Origin: Malacoraja senta
Taxonomy: Eukaryota
Direction of reading: 5' to 3'
Length of the DNA: 64,000 bases
NCBI GenBank assembly: GCA_038087875.1
Contig: JAXLNO010002460.1
Span: 1 to 64,000 of the forward strand
The notes under the pieces are model-generated. The model did not search any database. It was not told where the DNA came from and saw only the letters and a program-made list of their open reading frames with translations. The translations under genes and the position numbers were made by a program. Positions 1 to 10,478 of the stretch are shown here, piece after piece (within the stretch, counting starts at the first letter, position 1; each line of letters begins with the position of its first letter).

Positions 1-82
1 ACTGTATGAGAGCCACAGCTTTCCCATGCCAGAGATCCAGGTTCACTCCTGACTTTAAGTGCTTTCTGCGTGGAGTTTGCCC
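1..82 (+). mobile_element. Degenerate 5' fragment of a tRNA-derived SINE (HE1/V-SINE-like)
   Basis: ccagagatccaggttcactcctgac...tgcgtggagtttgc resembles the SINE heads at 20077 and 63890. Confidence 0.5.
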
Positions 83-399
83 ATTAGAGTAATACAGTGT
101 GGAAACAGGCCCTTTGACCCAACGTGCCCACATGGGCCAACAATGTCCCACTTGCCTGCGCTTGGTCTATAACCCGCAAACCTCAATGGGGCTGCGGGCC
201 GACAGGCCGTTGACGCGCCGGTTCTGTGACGCTGGCTGAAGGCAAAGATGGGTTGTTCCGCCGCTCGGATAGAGGACGGCGAAAAGCAGAGGGGGAAGAG
301 CCGATGTTTGGCTTGAGCCAGCGTGAGAAAGCCGGCCCGGGGGGGTGGGGCGGGGGGGGTAGTGGAGGAGAGCCGGGCGGCAGCAGTGAAAATCGCCAG

Positions 400-779
400 C
401 GAAAAAATAAAAATCTCGACGTTTTTGGAGGAGAGCCGGGCGCTTGAGCCAGCGTGAGAGAGCCGGCCCGGGGGGGGGAGGGGGGGGGGGGGTAGTGGAG
501 GAGAGCCGGGAGGCAGCTGCCGTTATGGTGGCTAGCCAGCAGGAGGCGACAAAATGAGTGAGTGGGGGGGGGATGGTGGATTTTATTTAAAATATGTGTA
601 CATAAAAATGTCTAAATCTAATAATGAGTGTGTTAGGGTGTGTAAAAGTGTAATGTCTAGCGAAATGGGAAAAAATCGCGGAGTTTTCGCGTGTGGTTTT
701 GGCGGAGCAAGGAATCAAAGGCCAAATCTGACACCCACAAATAGATATACACACACACAAACAGAGTTTTAAAAGTATA
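400..779 (-). mobile_element. Non-autonomous Helitron-like element H1, 5'-terminal part
   Basis: Minus strand starts TATACTTTTAAAACTCTG; 520-760 is nearly identical to 9330-9622, which follows a Helitron 3' terminus; left boundary not found. Confidence 0.5.
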
Positions 780-1019
780 CTAGACCAAGTGCAGACCCGT
801 TGGGTCTGGACACCGAACGTGCGTTTGCGGGTGGGGGGGGTGCTGTGGCGTCACACTAACCACCCTCTTTCCTCCAAAGCACGGTTGCGGGGTGGGAATC
901 TGGCACCCACAAAAACACACACTCATCACAACCCTTGATATTATCTTAATGTTTTAATTTGCTTCTTTTATCCCATCTCCACCCTATCCACTGACGAATA
1001 GCCCTCACCTTTCAGGTGC

Positions 1020-3280
1020 GTCTAGAGGGGGGGGGGGCAGAGAGAGAAAATTTAATGTTAGAATTTAAAAAAATTGAAGAGGGGGAGGAGGAGGGTGGAG
1101 AGGAACGGGGGAGAGGAAGGGGGAGAGAGGAAGGGGGGAGAGGAAGGGGGAGAGAGAGGAGGGTGTGGAGAGAGGAAGGAGATGACGTGGGAGATAGGTG
1201 AAGGGGGGGTTTGAGCGGGTGTTCATGAGTTGAGCTGCGGGCTGTGAAGAGAGAAGGGCAGAGAGAGAGAGAGAGGGTAGAGACAGAGAGACTGGTACAC
1301 CAAAAAAAGCTGGAAGAGGAAAGGGGAGAGATTGGGGAGGGAAAGGAGATCAGGGTGGGTGAGAGGGAGGGGGAGGAGAGTTTGGAGTGGGAGGAGAGTG
1401 GGGGGGCAGGAAGGGGGGAGAGGGGGGAGGGGATGAGGGGAAGGGGAGAGGAGTAGGGGGAAGAGAGGGAGGGGGATGGAGAGAGGTGGGGGAGGGAGAG
1501 GGGAACAGTGGGGAGTGAGGGGCAGAGGGGTAGCGGGGAGTGGTGCAAGAGAGAGGTGAAGGGGGTGGGTGGGGAATGGGGGTGAATAGGGGTGGTGAAG
1601 GGGGAAGAGAGGGTGTGGGAGGGGAGGGGGAGAGGAGAGAGGGGGAAGAGTGGGGAGGGAGAGTTGAAGTAGGAGGGGTAGGGACAGTCCATCTGTTTCC
1701 CATTCCCTATCACCCCCAATCCTCTTTCTCTATTGCCACACACGTGACGACGCCCTTCGACACAGGCTGCGGGGGGGGGAGGGGCTGGGGCTGTGGCTGC
1801 AGCAAAGGCATATGTAAATTGGTCCATTTCGATTGGACATCTTTGAGCATTGGGCATTGTGACATCACAAAACGGAACCTTCATTAACATTCTATTGCTG
1901 AGAGCTGTTTTTTTAAACATTTTGAAATTTCCCCAATCCCTATCCCCCCCACACACGTGGCGACGCCCTTCGCCCTTTCAAAATGTTAAACAAACAGCTC
2001 TCAGCAATAGAATGTAAATGAAGGTTCCGTTTTGTGATGTCACAATGCCCAATGCTGCGGGGGTTGGGGGGGAGGGGCCGGGGCTGGCATATGTAAATAC
2101 AGAGAGACTGTTGGCGGGCTGTTTCCCCAACACGCGTTTGCGGGAGGGGGGTGGGCTGCGGCATCACACTCACACTAACCACCCCCCAAACTCACACTAA
2201 CCACCCCAAACACACTCGGGTGGATGGGGTGAGGGGGGATAGGAAGACGGGGTGGGGAGAGAAGAGGGGAGAGGAAGACGGGGTGGGGAGAGAAGAGGAG
2301 AGGGGGAGGGAGGGTGGAGAGGAAGGGGGAGAGAGGAGAGGGGTGGAGAAAGGAAAGAGAGGATGGGGGGAGAGAGGTGAAGGGGTGGGGTTGGAGCGTG
2401 CGTGCATGACTCGAGCCGCGGGCTGTGAAGAGAGAAGGGCAGAGAGAGAGAGAGAGAGAGGGGAGAGACAGAGAGACTGGTACACAAAAAAAAGCTGGAG
2501 AAACACAGCGGGTGCAGCAGCATCTATGGAGCGAAGGAAATAGGCAACGCTTTGGGTCGAAGCCCATCCTCAGAATGGTTTTCTACCGAAACGTTGCATA
2601 TTTTCTTTGATCCCTAGATGCTGCTGAACCCGGTGATGATATACAGTTTTTTTTTGTGTACCTTCGATTTTCCAGCATCTGCAGTTCCGTCTTAAAGACA
2701 GAGAGCCTGTTGGCGGGCTGTTTTCCCAACGCGCGTTTGCGGGAGGGGGGGGGGGGGCTGCGGCATCACACTCACACTAACCACCCCCCAAACTCACACT
2801 ACCCACCCCCAAACACACTCGGGGGGAGGGGGGGAGGGGGGGAGAGGGGAGAGGGAGACGGGGTGGGGAGAGAAGAGGAGAGGGGGAGGGAGGGGAGAGG
2901 GGGAAGAGGAAAGGGGAGAGATTGGGGAGGGAGAGGAGATCAGGGTGGGTGAGAGGGAGGGGAAGGAGAGTTTGGAGTGGGAGGAGAGCGGGGAGGGCAG
3001 GAAGGGGGGGAGAGGGGGGAGGGGATGAGGGGAAGGGGAGAGAAGTAGGGGGAAGAGAGGGAGGGTGAGGGAGAGAGGTGGGGACGGGAGAGGGGAACAG
3101 TGGGGAGTGAGGGGCAGAGGGGTAGCGGGGAGTGGTGCAAGAGAGAGGTGAAGGGGGTGGGTGGGAGATGGGGGTGAAGAGGGGTGGTGGAGGGGGAAGA
3201 GAGGCGGTGGGAGGGGAGGGAGGGGGAGAGGAGAGAGGGGGAAGAGTGGGGAGGGAGAGTTGAAGTAGGAGGGGTAGGGA
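1020..3280. repeat. Three related polypurine (G/A-rich) tracts inside H2 (~1020-1680, 2220-2480, 2820-3280)
   Basis: Almost pure G/A on the plus strand with recurring blocks such as ggagagaggaaggggg; explains the Pro/Ser/Leu-rich and Gly/Glu/Arg-rich ORF calls. Confidence 0.9.
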
Positions 3281-4300
3281 CAGTCCATCTGTTCCCCATT
3301 CCCTATCACCCCCAATCCTCTTTCTCTATTTCCACAAACGTGATGACGCCCTTCGACACAGGCTGCGGGGGTGGGGGGGAGGGGCTGGGGCTGGTGCTGC
3401 TGCAAAGGCATATGTAAACGGATTCATTCCGATTTGTCATATGTGAGCATTGTGCATTGTGACATCACAAAAAGGAACCTTCATTTACATTCTATTGCTG
3501 AGAGCCGTTTTTTTAACATTTTGAAATTTCACCATTCCCTATCCCCCACACACGTGGCGACGCCCTTCGACACAGGCTGCGGAGTTGGGGGGGAGGGGCT
3601 GGGGCTGGGGCTGCTGCCAAGGCATATGTAAATGAATCCATTCCGATTGGACACCTGTTAGCATCGGGCATTGTGACATCACACAACGGAATCTTTACTA
3701 ACATTCTATGGCTGAGCTGTTTTTTTAATCATTTTGAAATGTTTGGTTTGGGGGGGGAGAAGTATTTTATTTTAAAAAGTGTACATAAAAACGACCAAAT
3801 TTAATCAGGGTTGTCTATTCGTAAAGATAAACGTAATCACAGGCTGCGGGGTTGGGGGGGAGGGGCTGGGGCTGTGGCTGCTGCAAAGGCATACGTAAAC
3901 GGATTCATTTCGATTTGTCACACGTGTCGCAGGGCGTCGCCACGTGTGTGGGGGCGATAGGGAATGGGGAAATTTCAAAATGTTAAACAAACAGGTCTCA
4001 GCAATAGAATGTAAATGAAGGTTCCGTTTTGTGATGTCACAATGCCCAATGCTGCGGGGGGAGGGGCTGGGGCTTGGGCTGCCGCAAAGGCATATGTAAA
4101 TGGATCCATTCCGATTGGACATCAGTGAGCATTGTGCATTGTGACATCACACAACGGAATCTCTACTAACATTTTAGGCCGAGCTGTTTTTTTAAACATT
4201 TTGAAATGTTTGGTTTGGGGGGGGGAGAGGTATTTTATTTTAAAAAGCGTACATAAACACAACCAAATTTAATCAGGATCATCTATTCGTAAAGATAAAC
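1738..4300. repeat. ~225-bp unit repeated in direct and inverted orientation inside H2
   Basis: Core gcattgtgacatcacaaaacggaaccttcatt..cattctattgctgagagc at ~1850, 3450, 3670, 4135 (+) and inverted at ~1977-2057 and ~3975-4055. Confidence 0.85.
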
Positions 4301-4459
4301 GTAACCTCTTTAGAAACGGTAAAAAACTTCGGCGTTTCCGCGCGCCGCGCAGGCGCGGGGCGGTATCAAAGGCCGCGCGGCACAAGTCAAGCAGAACGTC
4401 GGACGTACAGACGTACAGACGGACGACAGCCAGAGAGTTTTATATAATAGATAGATAGA

Positions 4460-4663
4460 TGTAGATGATATATGCATGTGCCTTTAACATAGTGACCTCA
4501 TACCTACTAACCACTCCCCATATCACAAGTATAACTACAACCTCCCCACCCACAGATCGCTCTCTAGTTCCGGTGACAGACCACGTACAGCTAGTGCAAT
4601 ATGTAATGCTCCAGTATGAATAAAGATAGTAAAGTAACGATGCCTCGTTATAGATTCTTTACA
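4460..4663 (+). repeat. 5' LTR of Gypsy element
   Basis: TGTAGATGATATATGC...GATTCTTTACA; 2 mismatches to 8998-9201; contains AATAAA. Confidence 0.97.
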
Positions 4664-4759
4664 GGGTGTCAAACCACTTACCTTGCGCCTCCTGTCTATC
4701 GGTTTATCATTTAATTTTGTCCCAGTTTTTTGTTTCCCCCGCCCTCCTATTTCTTTGTT

Positions 4760-5512
4760 ATGGCCACTTCTGCCCGTAAGCCTGATGTGCTCGTTTTCGA
4801 TTTAGACATCGCCCTTCGATGGGATGTATTCAAACGTGACTTTGAACACTATGTCACGATCGCTCATCCTGCCGCCACCGCTGATCTCAAAGCCTCTCTG
4901 CTTCTCAACTTGGCTGGTCCAGAGGCCCTGACTCGCTCTGACTTCTTCGTCTACGCTGATGGAGAATCAGCTCGGGACCCGGTATGTCTGGTGGCTAAGT
5001 TTAATGCTATTTGTGATATTCCAACAAACTGCATCTTAGAACGTTTTAAACTGTTCGCGCGGCGTCAGCTCCCTGGGGAATCTGCTGAGAACTATGTCTG
5101 CGCTGCGACACCTGGCCAGGCGCTGCCGCCTCCACACGTGGACCCCGATGAGATTATCAGGGACCTTCTGGTTTACGGTCTCCGCGATGATAAGCTCAGG
5201 GCCGAACTTCTGCGCAAGCCCGATCTGACTTGCAACGATGCGATGCACGCCACCCGCTTAGCTGAAGCTGTCACCTCAGCGGTGTCACCGGCTGAACAGG
5301 CGATTAACTTTGCCAGCACTTCCAGTCGTCTGATGAACACGCCCCGGTCGCGGCCCCCGGGGTCGTTCGCTGCTCAAGGGGGACGTGCCCCGGGGTTCGG
5401 TACTGCTCCCGTGGGAGGTGCCCGGCAAAGGTGCCCTAATTGCAACTTCACCACTCATCAATACAATGTGTGCCCTGCCTTGGTAAAACGTGCAATGTCT
5501 GCAAGAAATTGA
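4760..5512 (+). pseudogene. gag: Gypsy gag, frameshifted
   Basis: WDVFKRDFEHY, ERFKLFARRQLPGES, IRDLLVYGLRDDKLRAELL; zinc-knuckle region CPNC..H..C continues as CNVCKKLNHFAAAC in the pol frame after a 1-nt shift near 5480. Confidence 0.9.
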
Positions 5513-8500
5513 ACCATTTCGCTGCGGCCTGTCGCTCCCGTGGGAAGCCTGTCGCTGCTCCGAGGGGCAATTTAAACAACCTTTTACAAACTGATAGTGA
5601 GCTCAGCTCCCAGTGCTATTTCGACGAACAGTCTGTTTCTGAATCCGACTCCTCTCAGGGGGAGAACGGCTTGTATACTGTGTTGGGCGCACCTGCTATG
5701 ATAACGGACCCTTCTGTGCGAGTCACTGTGAACAACTCGACCTTCACTGCTAAGATTGACACGGGGGCAGTTGCGAAAGTTATGTCAACATCACTCTTCA
5801 AACAGATAAGGACTAATGAGCAGATTTTTTCTCAGAACTCAACCTTGCATGCCTACGGGGGGGAGATTCTTACTCCTGTGGGCAAGGCCACGCTAAGCTG
5901 TAAGATACTAGAGACCTCTCGGCCCCTCACCTTCTATCTCCTCGATCAAAAATGCATTCCCCTGCTGGGTATCCGGGCATGCCAGGAAATGGGCCTGGTA
6001 TCCTTCCACCGTGACATCCACCACGTGCAGGCCCTCATGGACCCGCTGGCCGAATATCCCGACCGCTTTGATGACGAGCTAGGCAAACTACCCTGCAGCT
6101 ACAAGATTGTAGTGGACCGTAAGGTCGATCCAGTGGTCAATACACCTCACCGTGTCTCCTTCGCCATGAAGGCCAAAGTGCAGTCGACACTACACAGTAT
6201 GGTAAAAATGGGCATCCTAAAGGCGGTCATCGAGCCCACCAGGTGGGTCTCTTCCATGGTTGTTGCCGCGAAACAGGACAAGAGCGAGATACGCATCTGC
6301 ATCAACCCCAAAGACCTCAACCTGGCCATTAGACGCCCGCACTACCCTATGAGAACGGTAGAAGAAGTCGCTGCACAGGTTGGTCCGGCAACGTTTTTTT
6401 CTGTCCTCGATGCCAAAAGCTCCTTCTGGCAAATACCACTGGACGAGCAGTCGTCCATTTTGACAACTTTCGCCACCCCCTTCGGAAGGTTCCGGTTTCT
6501 CCGAATGCCATTCGGAATCAACTCTGCAAGCGAGGTATTTCAACAGACAATGGAGCAGCTGTTTTCAGATCGACCATGCGCCATCATCGTTGATGACATC
6601 CTCGTGTACGGTAAGGACGTTGCCGAACACGATGTCAACCTCCGCCAGGTCCTGGACCGGGCCCGGGAAATCAACTTGAAACTGAACCTCAAGAAGTGCT
6701 GATTCCGCGTCCCGGAGTTCACCTATGTTGGACATGTATTCACCGCCGAGGGGTTAAAACCAGACCCGCAAAAAATGGCTGCCATTTCCGGGATGCCTTC
6801 TCCTACTAATGTGGCGGGCCTACAACGCTTCCTGGGCATGGTAAACTACCTGGGGAAGTTCATTCCCGACCTCAGCGAGCTCAGCGCTCCCCTGAGGGAT
6901 TTGATAAAAAAGGACACGTCCTGGGCTTGGTTCCCCCACCACCAGAAAGCATTCGACATTCTTAAGTCCAAGCTAATCAGCACCCCCACACTCAAGTTTT
7001 TTGACCTGCAGCGTCCCATTGTCCTCACCTGCGACGTCTCTCAGTTCGGACTCGGTGCCGCCTGTCTCCAGGTCCATGACGGCCTACAGTTGCCTGTCTC
7101 CTTCGCTTCCCGCACCATGACCGTCACCGAACAGCACTACGCGCAGATTGAGAAGGAGCTACTGGCCGTGGTGTTTGCCTGCTCCAAATTCAGAGACTAC
7201 ATCCTGGGCAACACTTTCACCATTGAAACTGACCACCAGCCACTTGTCACCATTCTCAACAAGTCGATCCATGCCGCCTCGTCACGCCTGCAGTGCATGA
7301 TGCTGCAGCTCCAACGCTTCACGTTCAATGTGGTTTATCGTAAGGGCAAGGACATGTTCGTGGCCGACACGTTGTCTCGCGACCCGCTAACGTCCACCGT
7401 TCGCCACCCATATGAGATGTCTGATCTAATGGTGCTCCAAATGAACATCGTCCCTTCACAGCAGATGAAGTCACTGGTTGAACACACTACCAATGACCCT
7501 GCCCTGCAACAGCTGTCTGCCGTCATCCAGCGGGGCTGGCCCGACCGTCGTTCCGCGCTGCCGGCTGGCGCCGTGCCCTACTTCCTGGTCCGTGACGAGC
7601 TCGTACAACACGACGGCGTGGTGGTGAAGGGTCGCAAGGTGGTCATGCCCGCTGCGCTGCACGACCACTATTTTCAGGTCGCTCACCGCGGTCATCCTGG
7701 GGCCGAAGCCACCGTGTCTCTCGCCCGGAGCCAGTTCTATTGGCCGGGTATGGCCAAATACATCCGGGAGAGGGTCTCCTCGTGTTCCACCTGCAACAGC
7801 CTCGCCCCCCACCAGCAGCGTCAGCCGCTTCTGCAGCAGCCCGCGCCCGAACTGCCCTGGATGGCGCTTGCCACCGACATTTTCGAGTGGCGAGGCAAAC
7901 ACTTCCTGGTTCTCGTTGACTCCTACTCCAGCTGGTTTGTGGTCGACCGGCTGCACTCCCTAACCTCTTCGGCCATCATCGACAGGTTATACCCTCATTT
8001 TGGCACTTTTGGCCCCCCGGCAAGCCTGCAGTCGGACAATGGCAGCCAGTTCACGAGCTCCGAGTTCAAGGCGTTCGCTTCCAGATGGAACTTCCGCCAT
8101 TTCACCAGCAGCCTGGAGTACCCGCAAAGCAACGGTCTGGCCGAGCGTGCCGTCCGCAGCGCGAAGCACCTGCTGGAACAGTGTGGTGGCATTAACTCCG
8201 ATTTCCATCTGGCCCTCCTCAACCTCCGCAACATTTCCCGCGACTCTGCCATGGGTTCCCCTGCTCAGCGGCTCATGTCTCGCGCTACCAGGCTCCCGCT
8301 CCCGGTGGCCCAGCGCTCCCTCATACCCTCCGTCCTCCCGCCTGCGGCGGTTCAGAAACGCATTGCCTTCAGGCACGATGTCCAAAAGCGTTCCCATGAC
8401 AGGTCTTGCCACCCGCTGCCGCGCCTCTTCCCCGGTCAAGTTGTCTGTATGCAGACCCCTTCCGGTCACTCCAAGCTCGCTACTGTCGTCGGCTCTGCGG

Positions 8501-8874
8501 GGTCGCCCAGGTCCTATCTCGTCGACCATGCGGGAGCAATTTACCGACGGTCCCGCCAGCACCTTCGGCTCGTCAACGAGCCGCGTCCTCCTGCCGCGGA
8601 TCTCTTTGCTCCCCCACTGCCGACTTCGCGTCCGGGCGTTGTTCTGCCCGTCCTTCCTAACATGCAACGGTCTACACCACCTCAACTCCTTCCGTCCCAC
8701 CCTGCTCCGACTAGTCCTCGCTCGCCTGCCCGCGCTCTGCCCGCTCCTGATCCCGCATCACCTCCGCTTTTGGCGCCGCGGTCTCCTCCGTCTCCTCCCG
8801 TTTCCCCCTTTCAGGTTCGTCTGCCCCCATCGGTGCCTCTTCTTCCTGCCGGAAGGGAGGATGGCGAGATGTGA
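5440..8874 (+). pseudogene. pol: Gypsy pol (protease, RT, RNase H, integrase) with one in-frame TGA at 6700-6702
   Basis: PR IDTGA; RT LDAKSSFWQIPL, RMPFGI, IVDDILVYG; RH YAQIEKELLAVVF, TDHQPL; IN H..HPG..C..C, SDNGSQF, PQSNGLAERAV; ORFs 5440-6702 and 6775-8874 share a frame. Confidence 0.95.
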
Positions 8875-8997
8875 ACCCGGTCGGGACGTCTTGTCAAACC
8901 GCCTGTCCGCTATGGCGATTTTGTTTAACTGTCCTAGCGCATGAGCCGTGGTCGCCCTGTCACCATTGTATTTGCCTGTCGTTTCGAAGGGCAAGGA

Positions 8998-9201
8998 TGT
9001 AGATGATATATGCATGTGCCTTTAACATAGTGACCTCACACCTACTAACCACTCCCCATATCACAAGTATAACTACAACCTCCCCACCCACAGATCGCTC
9101 TCTAGTTCCTGTGACAGACCACGTACAGCTAGTGCAATATGTAATGCTCCAGTATGAATAAAGATAGTAAAGTAACGATGCCTCGTTATAGATTCTTTAC
9201 A
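8998..9201 (+). repeat. 3' LTR of Gypsy element
   Basis: 204 bp, ~99% identical to 4460-4663. Confidence 0.97.
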
Positions 9202-9206
9202 GTATA

Positions 9207-9622
9207 CTAGACCAAGAGCAGACCCGTTGGGTCTGGACCCCGAACGTGCTTCAGACCCCGGGGCGAAAATCGCTATCGAAAGAAAAACAATGGCGGCGTT
9301 TTTGGAGCAGAGCCGGTCGGCAGCAGCCGTTATGGTGGCTGGCCAGCAGGAGGAGACAAAATGAGTGAGTGGGGGGGTGGGGGGGTGGGGGTGGATTTTA
9401 TTTAAAAAATGTGCAGCAGCAGCCGTTATGGTGGCTGGCCAGCAGGAGGAGACAAAATGAGTGAGAGGGGGGGGGGGGGATTTTATTTTAAAAGTGTACA
9501 TAAAAATGTCTAAATCTATTGTAAAAGTGTAATGTCTAGCGAAATGGAAAGAATCGCGGAGTTTTCGCGTGTGGTTTTGGCGGAGCAAGGAATCAAAGGA
9601 CAAATGTGACACCCACAAATAA
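9207..9622 (-). mobile_element. Helitron-like element H3 (3' end intact, runs into gap)
   Basis: Minus-strand terminus CTAG (9210-9207) with hairpin CAGACCC-gtt-GGGTCTG (9219-9235); body matches H1. Confidence 0.7.
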
Positions 9623-9762
9623 NNNNNNNNNNNNNNNNNNNNNNNNNNNNNNNNNNNNNNNNNNNNNNNNNNNNNNNNNNNNNNNNNNNNNNNNNNNNNN
9701 NNNNNNNNNNNNNNNNNNNNNNNNNNNNNNNNNNNNNNNNNNNNNNNNNNNNNNNNNNNNNN
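9623..9762. other. Assembly gap
   Basis: N run. Confidence 1.
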
Positions 9763-10478
9763 CTCTTTCCCCAACAATGTCTGCGCCGAACATGATGCCA
9801 AGACCATCTATTATCTGCCAATGCATAATCCATATCCATTTATTCCCTGCATAACCCTATGCCTACTGAAAAGCCTCTTAAATGCCACTTTCGTATCTGC
9901 ATTAACCACCAACAGTACGCCCCAGGCACTGATCGCCCTCTAAACAGTCCCCCTGTACATCTCCTTTAAACTTTGCCCCTAGCACCTTAAATCTATGCCC
10001 TCTAGTATTTGATATTACCATCCTGGCAAAGGGTCAGATGGCGAATAAGAGCAAAAGGAATAGAAGCACGGGCTTATCAAAATACTGTCAGATTAGCCAG
10101 ACATACCCCGGATAAAGCCATGACGATTGTGCCTAATTATCCCATTCTCTACCAAATGCGACAATCCTATACCGAAGAATCCTCTCTAATAATTACCCTA
10201 ACACAAAGTAACAAGTCCAACACGGAAATACGAACTGCATTAATCATCTTTAGTGGTAGTTAATCGCTGTTACAATCTGACACAAGTGAATGATCATAGA
10301 GTCCCTTCGGGGACCACGGCAGGTGCTGAGAAAACTCGTTTCAACTGCAGATCTTAATTAAGCCAAGTAACTGCTCTCTTTGAAGCTGTGTAGCGGGGTG
10401 GGAGATTGCAATCTTCATGTGGTCCGCCCTGTTTCAACGAATGCAATCAACCTGGCGTGCACAATCAAATAAGATCAA

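Larger units (their letters stand above)
780..4459 (-). mobile_element. Non-autonomous Helitron-like element H2
   Basis: Minus strand: 5' end TCTATCTATCTATTATATAAAACTCTC at 4459; 3' end CTAG at 783-780, preceded by hairpin CAGACCC-gtt-GGGTCTG (792-808); sits at an A|T site; no Rep/helicase ORF. Confidence 0.75.
4460..9201 (+). mobile_element. Full-length Ty3/Gypsy LTR retrotransposon (Mag-like), inactivated
   Basis: Two 204-bp TG...CA LTRs, polypurine tract GAAGGGCAAGGA before the 3' LTR, domain order gag-PR-RT-RH-IN. Confidence 0.97.

Noticed and set aside
1012-3417. Long Pro/Ser-rich and Gly/Glu-rich ORFs (also 62876-63759)
   Set aside because: Artefacts of low-complexity purine or GC repeats that lack stop codons in several frames
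7471-9015. Overlapping and antisense ORFs within the Gypsy pol
   Set aside because: Expected shadow frames of a GC-rich coding region; no recognisable domains
9073-9854. ORFs spanning N runs (also ~40.7-41.1 kb and ~60.8-61.6 kb)
   Set aside because: Open only because of assembly gaps
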